Under the pieces are notes generated by a model that ran no database searches, was not told where the DNA came from, and saw only the letters and a program-made list of their open reading frames with translations. The translations under genes and the position numbers were made by a program. Of a DNA stretch of 64,000 nucleotides, positions 52,060 to 63,827 are shown in pieces; position 1 is the stretch's first letter, and each line of letters starts with the position of its first letter. Where the stretch lies: NCBI GenBank assembly GCA_951406725.2, contig OX597814.1:187116001-187180000 (forward strand), written 5' to 3'. The DNA comes from Octopus vulgaris. Lineage: Eukaryota.

Positions 52060-52250
52060 AGAAGAAGAGGAGGAGGAAGAAGAAGAAGAAGGAGAGGAGG
52101 AGGAAGAAGAATAAGGTGAGGAGGAGGAGGGGAGGAAGAAGAAGAGGGGGGAGGGGAAGAAGAGGAATAAGGAGAAGAGGAGGAAGAAGGAGAAGAAGAA
52201 GAAGAAGAGGGGGAGGAGGAGGGGGAAGAAGAAGAAGAAGAAGACAGAGA
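52012..52250 (+). repeat. (GAA)/(GGA) polypurine tract
   Basis: Direct inspection. Confidence 0.95.
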
Positions 52251-52565
52251 AAAATTATTGAAATGCAAAAAAATCAAATATAAACATGAAAAGTATACAT
52301 TCTAGTTTAGAGAAAATGATGTGGTGAGACTTTGCTATTGTAACTGTTAAGAAAAAGAAATAGAAGTTGAAAGGAAGATAATACTTAGACGGAAATTTTT
52401 GTGCTTAGACACACATATACATACACAGATAAATATACACACATATACATACACGCTCACACACTGATATCCAAGTATATGGGCATTTACATACAACTAG
52501 ATGTGTCACATATTGGAGTTTCTTACATCTGTAAAATGTCTAATTGATGCACACTGTTGTTTATA

Positions 52566-52654
52566 TCCTCCCTGATAAGATTGATGCATTACTCCACATT
52601 ATTCATCCTGTTGAATTTATTTTGAATGCATCCATCGAAACATATGTCAATGAC
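52566..52654 (+). ncRNA. Decayed type I hammerhead motif with long stem II
   Basis: CTGATAA (G8>A), stem II GAT.GATGCATT / AATGCATC.ATC, GAAA, palindromic CATATG, GTC site; stem I no longer pairs. Confidence 0.5.
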
Positions 52655-52844
52655 ATGAAGATATAAAGGATTTAATAACATCTTGAGCGTTTGTCTCCAT
52701 TTTCAATTTTTCCTATGTTCTATAAAATACGTCTCACTTCTCCCTAGAATGAACTCTTATGCAAGTGTAATCACTGATTCCTGGGACACTTATGTGACAT
52801 CTGGCTACCTTGTAATTACTCCCCTGGATCTTTCCTATAAATTT

Positions 52845-52890
<46 letters not shown>

Positions 52891-53306
52891 AAAAAGAAGT
52901 TTGAACACACCACTATGTAAGATAAATTTTAAATTTTCTGAGAGATTTTACATGTTTCAGTTCTTCTTGAGAAAACGAACCTTATCAAAAATATATATTT
53001 TTGATAAGGTTCGTTTTTTTCAAGAAGAACCAAAACAGGTAAAATCATCATCATCATCATCACCGTTTAGCATCCACTTTCCATGCTAGTATGGGTTGGA
53101 CGGTTCAACTGGGGTCTGGGAAGCCAGAAGGCTGCACCAGGCCCAGTTTGATCTGGCAATGTTTCTACGGCTGGATGCCCTTCCTAATGCCAACCACTCC
53201 ATGAGTGTAGTGGGTGCTTTTTCTCTAAGAAAATTAAAATTTATTTTATATACTGGCATTTTCAAGCTTTGTTTTTATAATATATACCCACTCGTATGCC
53301 ACCGAC

Positions 53307-53357
<51 letters not shown>

Positions 53358-53686
53358 ATATATATACATATATATATACGATATAGTGTATATTTATACA
53401 CATAAGGGATCCACACTTAGGGTGAGATTCAACATGTTTTTCATTTCCAAATTTATTCCTGTCGAATTTTATCCATTATTTTTGTGGTTCTCTAATGTGT
53501 TGAATCTCACCCTAAGTGTGGATTCCTTATGTGTATAAATAAACACTATATCGTATAACTAATATATAGTCTTCTTGACTAATTTTTTTGGATGTTAGAC
53601 CACTGGAAATGTAAATTTTAATTGAATATTTTAAATTTAATTAAATTCCATTTCCCTTTTGATATGATATATATATATATATATAT

Positions 53687-54479
53687 AGCTGTTTCGCCTC
53701 ATACCGAAGGAAAATGGAAAAAACGGTCTTTGACTGCCATTTCTAATTCCTTCGGTATGAGGCGAAACAGCTTGCTGCTAGCCAACTCATTTTCTTTACT
53801 ATATACTGAACCTTACAAAGGTCCTGACAATTAATTTGTCGTATTTACATACCGAATTTTACCGGTAAATAATTGTTGGTTACATGAAAAACCACAGGAA
53901 AATTATTTACCATTTTTATTGCATTACCATGTGGATTCCTCATTCCATTACGATTACCCAGAAGGCGCGCATGGCAGAATTTTGGAGGGAAAATTTACGT
54001 TCCCAGTCGTTACTTGGTTTTAACATCTGCGCACTTCCCCCCACTATCTGATGTCGCTGGGTCAGAAGTGAGGGCTGGTGGCATTTGATAAAGCTATCGA
54101 ATATAGCGCTGATGACGGAATTCAAACTCCCTTTTTTTATATGTTTGTGATCCAGAAACACGGTGTTCGCTATTAACGGTAAGTGACTGTCTCCGTGTAT
54201 TTGCCACTCCGATTTTGTGTATGTGAGCCGCAAGGGCCTTCGTTTTTGGAATCTCCACTTATAGAAATGGAAAAAACGGTCTTTGACTGCCATTTCTAAT
54301 TCCTTCGGTATGAGGCGAAACAGCTTGCTGCTAGCCAACTCATTTTCTTTACTATATACTGAACCTTACAAAGGTCCTGACAATTAATTTGTCGTATTTA
54401 CATACCGAATTTTACCGGTAAATAATTGTTGGTTACATGAAAAACCACAGGAAAATTATTTACCATTTTTATTGCATTA
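53687..54479 (+). mobile_element. Young retrozyme / Penelope-pLTR-like element: 1.4 copies of a 553-bp unit plus a 26-bp inverted 5' piece, inside (TA)n
   Basis: 53712-53926 equals 54265-54479 (215 bp, identical by eye); 53687-53712 is the reverse complement of 53747-53772; hammerhead at 54103-54173. Confidence 0.8.
54103..54173 (+). ncRNA. Type I hammerhead ribozyme
   Basis: ATAGCG-CTGATGA-C-GGA..CAAAC(loop)GTTTG..TCC-A-GAAA-CACGGTG-TT-CGCTAT; stem I ATAGCG/CGCTAT, stem III ACA/TGT, GUU site. Confidence 0.7.
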
Positions 54480-55360
54480 TATATATATATATATATATCC
54501 AAATTAAGAATTGATGTATAAAAATTCAAAGAATAAATCCACAGATCCACATTAATTAAGAACTTAATAAGGGATCATTAAACTCCAAAACATTATTACA
54601 TTGTAGTAAGTCAGAATGGGACAAACTTGCATGTATATACATAATCTGCTAAAATGATCTTTAAGAGCAACATATTTAGCCTTAAAGCTGAAATACATAA
54701 ATTTCACATATAGCACACATCTTAATTGTTCTCAACAGGTATTTCCTTACGATAAATACCACTAAATGTTTAATTAGATATTTATGGTACATAATTAATT
54801 AATTTAAATTAAATTGAATTAAACACTATGTTTACTCAAATCATCACAAATGTCGTGTTATGTTAATCATTTCTCTTTTTCTCAATGTTTCTGTTTGTCT
54901 TGATGTATTTAAACTAGTAATGGTTTTCTGATTAACCTAACACAACATTCCTAATCATTTTGGTAAACACAGTTTTTGAATTAATTTAATTTAATTTAAT
55001 TATGTATCATAATCATGTAATTATACATTTGGTGGTGTTTATCTGAATGAAACACCTGTTGATCACAATTATAGTGTGAACTATATGTAAAATTTAAACT
55101 TTTCTACTAAAAATATATATTATACTGTGTATGTATATATATATATATAAATCATCATCATCGTCGTTTAACGTCCGCTTTCCATGCTAGCATGGGTTGG
55201 ACGATTTGACTGAGGACTGGCGAACCACATGGCTGCACCAGGCTCCAATCTTGATCTAGCAGAGTTTCTACAGCTAGATGCCCTTTCCTAACGCCAACCA
55301 CCTCGAGAGTGTAGTGGGTGCTTTTACGTGTATGTATATATATAATATATATATATTATA

Positions 55361-55419
<59 letters not shown>

Positions 55420-55989
55420 CAGACAGATGAATAAATAGATAGATACTATGTCTATAGTCACAGCGTCTTCAAGTTAAATGCTATTTAAATTAATTCTAAC
55501 AAAAAAATGTGACGTCTTTACCCCTTTGTTATGATGAGCCAGCTCGATTCAATAATGTGTATACCCTGTCCTCTCATGCTGTTATATTTGTTTCATGTTA
55601 GAAGCTTCATTTTACACATGTTGAATATTTATAACATCCTCACTATGTCCCTGCCATGAGGTAACCATGCAGTTTGGTCACTTGCAGTGTGTACTCCCGT
55701 CCCACCACTCCTATACTGGAAAGCTTCCTTCTGTACCTGAAACCTTTCCTCTATACCAGAAACCCCATACAGTGAGCTTTCTTCTCTCCCCACTATCTCC
55801 TACTGACATCAGCACACTATCAACAACAGTATTACAATATAAGGAAAGGCCTATCTAGCATGCTGGCAGCAGAAATATGACAAGTGTGCTCACCAGTCGA
55901 TTAATTATCAGCACTATCTTTGTATAAACAATGGTGTATGCCACACCATCTTCAGGTAGATGCAGCAAGAAACAAACGAACGATGATAA

Positions 55990-58333
55990 ATTTAATGCAG
56001 GGTGAGATTTATATGAAATGCTTGTTGGCAAACACCTATGCAAATCTTTCCTTCAGACTCTAAATGCTGTCCTCCCATACCCCTGCTCCCTCTTATCACC
56101 CCTTCCTCAAACTTAGAGCTGGTACACTTAATGGAGGTACATTGAAAGGTAGGTCTGGTGAGATTGTCAAGATGTTGAAATGGAGGTGTGTAGATGTGCA
56201 TCGCATTGAAGAAGTAAGGTGGAAGATAGCTTCTGCCAGGTTCCTCATGGGCAAAGTTTGCTGAATAGGCAGTAATGATAGGGTTGGTAGTGTGGCCGAT
56301 GACTTCAATGGGCATGTTGGGCAGCATTTGGGTGGCTTCCATGATGTGCATGGAGGCTATGGAGTTAGCTTCTGCAATGAGTCCTCCAGGTCATAACAGA
56401 GGAATTTAAGACTGGTTGTCCTTGAGAGTCCCTCTACACTGTTGACCTTGTTCTTATAGCTGAATCTTTACAAGAATTAGAGAAGAAATTTCAGGTATGG
56501 AAGCAAGGTCTGGAATCAAAGGGCCTTAGAGTTAATTTAGCAAAAACTGAAGACCTAGTAACTAGGGAAGTGGACAAATCATCAATCCCTTCAGAGATAT
56601 GGCCCTGCACGATATGTAGAAAAAGTGTAGGTTGGAAGTCCATATGATATACCCAGTGCAAGCTTTGGACACATAAGAGGTGTAGCAGTATCACAGGAAA
56701 GGTAACAGAGAGTGTGTGGTAAATGTGCAGACACTAAAAATGCACAGACAATACACTTCCTCAGATGTCCAGGGGTTTCTTAACAGTAGAGGATAGCTTC
56801 CATTACCTAAGTGACCAAGCCAGCTGTAGAGGAGGATGCTCCTAAAGTATAGCTGCTAGAATAAGAATGGGCTAAGCAAAGTTCAGAAAGCATCTAACTT
56901 TGTGGGTAACAAATGGCCTCTCCCTCGGAGAGAAATCAGATTGTATGATGCTTATGTATGGACAGCTATGCTATACGGCAATGAAACATAGACTGTGGCT
57001 GCAGAGGACAAGTGAAGGCTCGAAAGAAATGAAGCCAACATGTCCTGCTGTATGTGCAATGTCAGTGTGCTTGTATGATAGATAGTAGATGTTTTAAGAG
57101 AAAAAAATATGTATAAGAGGCATCAGGTGTAGTGTACAAGAGAAAAGGCTGCTGGTAGGGTCATGTGATGCATATGGATGGCAACAGCTTGCATAAAGAA
57201 GTGCCATTTTCTAACTGTGGAAGATAAAAGATGAAGTGGAGAAAAATGATCTTCAGATGTTGAACCTCACAGAGGAGCCGACAAAGGATCAAAATGATTG
57301 GCAATTTGCTGCACTTGAAAAGATCTGTCATGTTTAGTAAAATCATGGCTATTCCTACATAAAAGCATGTCTTTTACAGCTATGCACCCCACCCCACACA
57401 ATCGATCCTCTGTCAAAATTCTCCCACAGTTCATCTCCCCTCCATTCCACCACCCATGATCAACACCCAGAGCAAGCCTCTCCACTATCCCTCATGTGCC
57501 TACTTGCACATATCTACTGTATCTACTTGTTCATAGCCATTCCAATTTCCCCATCACCACTTGCTAATGTTATCTCTTCCCCATCCCTAAACATCGCCCC
57601 TTAGAGTTAATTTAGCAAAACCTGAAGTCCCAGTAAGTAGGAAAGTGGACAAATCATCAATCCTTTCAGAGATATGGCCCTGTACACTTACACACACACA
57701 CACATATACATACAGGGTGCGATGGGTAAATTGTCACAATTTTATATCTTTAATTTCACACATGCACATTGTCTGTTTTTGATTTTGTTGACTACACAGT
57801 ATAGTAGGCTCAGTTGGGCACCGTCTGTGAGAAAAACAGCACCATGATGCAATCCTTTCTGTACCACTTATACTCCCCTACACTTTCCACCATCAATGTC
57901 TTCCTCTCTCACACCCTCTCTCTCTCTATCTTTCTAACTCTATATCTCTTTCCTCTCATTCTTTTCCTACTAGTGTAGCCAAGTGTGACCTCTATAAGTC
58001 ACCTATCTGTATCCCTCTAATATACTTCAAACTCTCAACAGGTACAAAGCCACCTCCCTCGGTTCCACTTCCTCTCCCAGCTGAGAAGGTTTTGTCTCAC
58101 AAGTTACTTGGCTTGTGTTTGTACCACACAAAAAGCACCAGTGCTGGTGCTACATAAAAAGCATCCAGTTCACTCTGTACAGTGGTTGGCATTAGGAAAG
58201 GCATACAGCCATAAAAACTTTGCTAAAGTAGACAAGGGAACTTGGTACAGCTCAGTAGCTTGCCTCGCTCCTGTCAAACCATCCAACCCATACCAGCAGG
58301 GAAGATGGATGTTAAATGATGATGATGATGATG
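55990..58333 (+). mobile_element. Internally deleted RTE LINE with long 3' UTR
   Basis: LRAGTLNGGTLKGRSGEIVKML, DFNGHVG, QVITEEFKTGCP..LYTVDL, C-terminal ENDLQMLNLT, C/T-rich UTR and family C tail. Confidence 0.8.
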
Positions 58334-58791
58334 TTTTAATATTTTGCTTTGACATAATGATCCTAATAACCTGGTGTTATGCTTCAGAAAAAAGGTATTA
58401 ACCAAGTACAGAGTACATAAGAAACCGGATAAATGACAAGAGAACAAGAAGTTATGTAATGAAGTTCATTGCTTAATTTTTTCCCTTGTTATTTATTCAA
58501 TTTCTTATGTGTGTGTGTATGGTCATGTATATATATGTGCAGATTTGTATGTTTTGTTTTATGTATGTCTTCTCATACATAAACTTGCATATCTAGACAT
58601 GCTCATATATACTTAAAGGATAAACTTCTGGAAAGTTTTACAAATTTTTACAGTTCCAGTTATGGCATGGGTTTGAAATTTTCAAATCAGCTCTTTCTTT
58701 TCTGGCTGGCCAGCCAGAAAAGAAGGTTAACAGAGAAAATAGTCTTTGTGTGTGGCAAATGTGCAGGTACAGCCAGCCATATATATATATA

Positions 58792-59096
58792 TATCACTGT
58801 GACCGACCAGGCTATCAGATGTTGCTACACATCGCTAGTCACAATGCGCTTCGCACTGTTTTAGCCTTCAAATGACACCACCCCACTGGCTAAGCGAGCA
58901 GGCCAACAGAAGAAAGAGTGAGAGAAGGTTGTGGTGAAAGAGTACAGCAGGGATCGCCACCACCCTCTGCCAGATCCTCGTGGAACTTTAGGTGTTTTTG
59001 CTCAATAAACACTCACAATGCCCGGTCTGGCAATCGAAACCGAGATCCTACGACCACGAGTCTGCTGCCCTAACCACTGGACCATTGCGCCTCCAC
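58792..59096 (-). mobile_element. SINE with family D head and an alternative 3' tail
   Basis: The first ~190 nt match 49605-49790; the tail matches 60250-60350 instead. Confidence 0.85.
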
Positions 59097-59165
59097 ACAC
59101 ACACATATATATGTGTGTATGTGTGCGTGTGTGTGTATATATATACACACACACACATATACATA

Positions 59166-59978
59166 CAGGGTGCGATGAGTAAATTGTCACAATTTTATAT
59201 TTTTAATTTTGCGCATGCACATTGTCTGTTTTTGATTTTGTTGACCACACACTATAGTAGGGTCAGTTGGGCATTGTCTGTGAGAAAAACAACACCATGA
59301 CGCAATTCATTCTGTCAGAAATTTGGAAATGACATGCTGTACTGCTTGACATTTGCACTGGAAGCTTCAATACAAACATTTCAGAGAATTTGGATGATTA
59401 TCTGCGGACAGTGTAATCTGAGGAGATGTACCGAGAGTGATGAAAATCAAACATCATGATGTTTGGGATGATCACTACCTACATCAATTACCTGGAGTAG
59501 GTAGTGCTGCCCTGGGTCACGTGGGTGGCTGCTGGAAGACCCTATACCTGGCACCAAGACTCTGTCCCATGCCACACAAGCAGGAGAACCCAGTCATGGC
59601 TGTCAGACAATTTCTGTGTCCACATCACCCTTAACATCTGGTCACCTAACTCCCCAGATTGCAACCCCCTTAATTATTATTGTGTGAGGTGCAGTTGAGT
59701 GAGAGACCAACAATACTCCTTGTAACACCAAAGATGAACTGAAGGTAAGGATTATGGCAGCATTACCCAACTTAAACAAGAGACTGTCCAGAAGAGTTGC
59801 AGGAGATCCCGAAGTTGTCTGGAAGCCATGGTTGAAGTCAAAGCAATATTTTTGGGTAAATTTACTCTTTAGTATTTCAAGATATTTTTATGTAATTTTG
59901 ATAAATATGTCTGCTAAAATGAGATGTCAGTGTTATTTTCATTTTTGCGTAATTTAGACAAGAGTTTATTCACTGCAC

Positions 59979-59982
<4 letters not shown>
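59166..59982 (+). mobile_element. Internally deleted DD37D (maT-type) Tc1/mariner element
   Basis: Termini CAGGGTGC / GCACCCTG with TA on the left; HQDSVPCH...WSPNSPDCNPLNY has 37 residues between the second D and the position of the third D (now N). Left-end copy at 57713-57855. Confidence 0.8.
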
Positions 59983-60021
<39 letters not shown>

Positions 60022-60409
60022 TTATGTGTATGCATGTATGTATGTATATATATATATATATATACCTGAAGGTGCACGGCTTAGTGATGAGGGTGTTGCA
60101 CTCACAATCACAAGTCTACATGGTTTTGATTTGCAAACCAGCGTTGCATCATGTTCTTGAGCAAAACACTTCATTTCACATTGTTCCAGTCCTCTCTGCT
60201 GTAAATGGATAACACTGCAACAGACTGGCATTCCATTCAGGGGGAATGTTGGTTGCCTGCCAAGCCAGTGGAGTAGCATCATTCAAAACTACAATAATGC
60301 TAGGAAGCACATTGTGACCAGTAACATATAACAACATCTGATAGTCTGAGTGAAGCTGTAATGTATATGTGTGTGTGTGTGTATAAATATGTATATATAT
60401 ATATATATA

Positions 60410-60612
60410 TCTCTTTTACTTGTTTCAGTCACTTGACTACGGCCATGCTGGAGCACCGCCTTTTAGTCGAGCAAATCGACCCCAGGTCTTATTCTTTGTA
60501 AGCGTAGTACTTATTCTATCGGTCTCTTTTGCCGAACCACTAAGTAACGGGGACGTAAACATACCAGCATCGGTTGTCAAGCGATGTTGGGGGGACAAAC
60601 ACAGACACACAA

Positions 60613-60665
<53 letters not shown>

Positions 60666-60823
60666 CGACAGGCTTCTTTCAGTTTCCGTCTACCAAATCC
60701 ACTCACAAGGCTTTGGTCGGCCCGAGGCTATAGTAGAAGACACTTTCCCAAGGTGCCATGCAGTGGGACTGAACCCAGAACCGTGTGGTTGGTAAGCAGG
60801 TAATTACCACACACCCACTCCTG
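60410..60823 (-). mobile_element. SINE family A, full length
   Basis: Direct match to family A. Confidence 0.9.
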
Positions 60824-60949
60824 ATATATATACACATATAAGCACACACATATTTGTGTATGAATGTATGGGAGAATGCAGCCATAGTCAAGTGGCTAAG
60901 GAGTTTGTTTTACTGCTATTAGGTCCCAGGGTCACACTCACTGTGTTCA

Positions 60950-61775
60950 ATGTTGGATTATCAATTGAGCAAAATAAGCACATGCTTAGGGCATTAAGGG
61001 AAGGTGGGGCCACCACAGAAATGATAAATGATTTACAGTACAAAGGAAATCACTTTGAGCTTGCTAAAATAATATTTGGGATGCTTTATCGCCACTAACT
61101 ATAGAAGCAGATGCGTCAAGTAAAATTAATTTTGAAAATCTAATTGAAGATTTTGCAATTAAAAAATGTAGGAGAAAACTTTTCAAATATAAAGTGGAAT
61201 TATACAAAAATAAACATCATTTTCCATCTTATTGTTAGCTTTGTTTCATTTTGAAAAATAAAAATTTATTTTCTGGTTTATATATATTGTTTATACTTTG
61301 AATTACATATACATGGGTGCACCAAGGAGGAATTTCAACCGTGTTTTGTGGTCTGCTATCACAACAGCTCTTTTATAGGATCCAGTTGGCTCAAGACATC
61401 ATCAAGAGGAACCACGGCTGGTTTCGGCCCCTACTCCTCTACCGTTTTGACGTGGCAGCCCCCCACCCCTTTTGGAGGTGTCTTCAGCTCTGGTGTTGGG
61501 TGCATGTCTTCTTTCTTCTTTCTTCTGTTCCCTGGCCTCTTCGATGTAGTGTCAACGAGTGTCAGTGGACGACTGACTGACTTGTCAATTTTTTTTCCTT
61601 TAAATACCTGCTGCTAGGCTCCAGTAGGCAGCCCCAGCAAGTTGTCACTTGATACTGTTTCAACTTTAACTGACCAATGAAGGCGCGTAGTCTTAGCCCA
61701 CGTATTCTCTAGACGACCGTCACCTGTCAGTCAGTGACAGTGCTTAGGGCTTCTGTGGTCTTGATTTAGCCTTGA
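60950..61775 (+). mobile_element. Decayed hAT transposon remnant
   Basis: LSPLTIEADASSKINFENLIEDFAIKKCRRK (61085-61180) resembles the hAT C-terminal dimerisation end; TGCTTAGGGC subterminal motifs at about 60983 and 61741. Confidence 0.6.
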
Positions 61776-62364
61776 CAGTGTTCTATGTTGAGCAAGTGCT
61801 TTTACCATAGTCTGATGTTGACCCAAATATCACGTGCAATTTTGAGCAGATTGAAACTGTGCAGAAGCCCATTGGCTGCGCTGTACCTGTATTTCAAAAA
61901 TCCAACTGTGTCATACTTATATCATGCTGATTTTTCTTGAGACTTATGTTAAGGGTGACTGTGTCTGGAATATTCAGCCACTTCATTTGCAAATTCAGTG
62001 AGTAGGTTGTCCAGTTGATTGAACAATTAGACACTCATACAGTGAAATCAACAAAAGAATCTATACACACACATCTTTATAAAGGAAGGTCTTGCATAAG
62101 AGATTAATTCCCTATTATCTATTGCACAGTGGTCTAATATGTATGTATTAAATGCATTCAAAATATCATTACTTGGTTTGACTTCATTACACCACTTGAT
62201 GCCAGAACAATCAAGCTTGTCTTGATTCAATTTACACAGAAACTCTAAATAGGATTTCGAATGGTTTGTTCTATTTGACTTGAGTTGAAAATTCTGGAAC
62301 ATGCATTGCTTCTAAGCATAACACGATGTATATTCATATATACATAAAGTACTGATGATACAAA

Positions 62365-63130
62365 ACAAGCACCCAGTACATGCTGTAAAATGATTGGCAT
62401 TAGGAAGGGTATCCAGCTGTAGAAATCATGCCAAAGCAGAGATTTGAATATGATTCAGTCCTTGGACCCATTGAATCCTTTCAAACTGTCCAACCCATGC
62501 CACTAAGTAACACAGATATTAAATGATCATGATGATGAAGATGATGAGAATATCATCATCATCATTATCATCATCGTTTAATGTTCAATTTCCATGCTAG
62601 CATGGGTTGGACAGTTTGACTGAGAACTGGCAAGCCAGATGGCTGCACCAGGCTCCAATCTGATCTGGCAGAGTTCCTACAGCTAGATGCCCTTCCTAAC
62701 GCCAATCACACTCCAAGAGTGTAGTGGGTGCTTTTATGTGCCAGTTAGGCAGTACTGGCAACAGCCACACTCAAATGGTGTTCTTACATGCCACCTGCAC
62801 AGGATCCAGTCCAGTGGCACTGGCAACGGTCACGCTCAGTTGGTGCTCTTAGTGCTCCACTAGCACGGATGCCAGTCATGCAGTGCTATCATCGAATTTG
62901 ATTTCAATTTCACTTGCCTCAACAGGTCTTCACAAGTAGAGTTTAGTGTCCAATGAAGGAAAGGTACACATAAGTGGGCTGGTTACACCACTGGCATAGG
63001 GCATGGGTCATGGTCTCACTTGGCTTGCTGGGTCTTCTCAAGCACAGCATATTTCCAAAGGTCTCGGTCACTAGTCATTGCCTCAGTGAGGCCTAATGTT
63101 TGAAGGTTGTGCTTCACCACCTCATCCCAG
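62365..63130. mobile_element. Tail-to-tail pair: family C fragment (+, 62365-62547) and truncated RTE end (-, 62552-63130)
   Basis: Minus-strand WDEVVKHNLQTLGLTEAMTSDRDLWKYAVLEKT followed by the family C UTR; the two (GAT)n tails face each other. Confidence 0.85.
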
Positions 63131-63697
63131 GTATATGTATGCATATATGCAAAGATACATATGAACACAAAGAATATTGATGGAACATTCCCAGCAAAAC
63201 TTCTGCCAAGGGCAAACAATACAGGCCTGATATAGTTTAGGTCAGAAAAAAAAACATGTATAGTTGTAGAAGTTAGCTGTCCAGCATGTATAAACATCTC
63301 TTTCAAAATCTATGGAAAGAAGAATATTTATAAACAATTGCTTCAAAACATAAAGCTCCTCTCAGATTATAAATTCACATTTATACCAATAATTATTTGC
63401 TGCACTTGGTTACGTTAAAAAATGTCTGAATGACAGCCTGAAAAGCTAGGAATCAGGGGCAAGGAAGGGGACCATCTAATGTGTACTTTTTAGATACAAT
63501 ATGTAAGTGGAACAGTAAAAGTAAGAGGACTTTTCTGAAGTTCAGTATGTAATTATTAGTATTGTTTTTATCCAAATTTCAACAAAGCAGCTTTTGCTTT
63601 TTTGTTAGAAACCAACTCCTTCCTTTGGGGAAAATTTCTAATAAATAAAAAAAGTGATGTCATGGATGCATGCATACATACACACACACACACATAC

Positions 63698-63759
<62 letters not shown>

Positions 63760-63827
63760 ACATGTAAAATATATAGAAGGATGGATGGATAGCTGGATAA
63801 CTTAGTTTAGCTAAAGAATATTAGCTT

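Noticed and set aside
51996-52277. Ser/Pro/Leu-rich ORF
   Set aside because: Translation of the (GAA)/(GGA) tract.
53724-53783. Possible second hammerhead (CTTTGA...GGCGAAACAGC) in the 215-bp repeat
   Set aside because: Core does not match CUGANGA and there is no UH directly after stem III.
53940-54338. 132-aa minus-strand ORF in the hammerhead element
   Set aside because: No recognisable domain, antisense to the ribozyme strand; most likely incidental.
62048-62302. 84-aa ORF in non-repetitive sequence (also 24019-24312 and 30881-31165)
   Set aside because: No recognisable homology or convincing splice context; length is within chance expectation.
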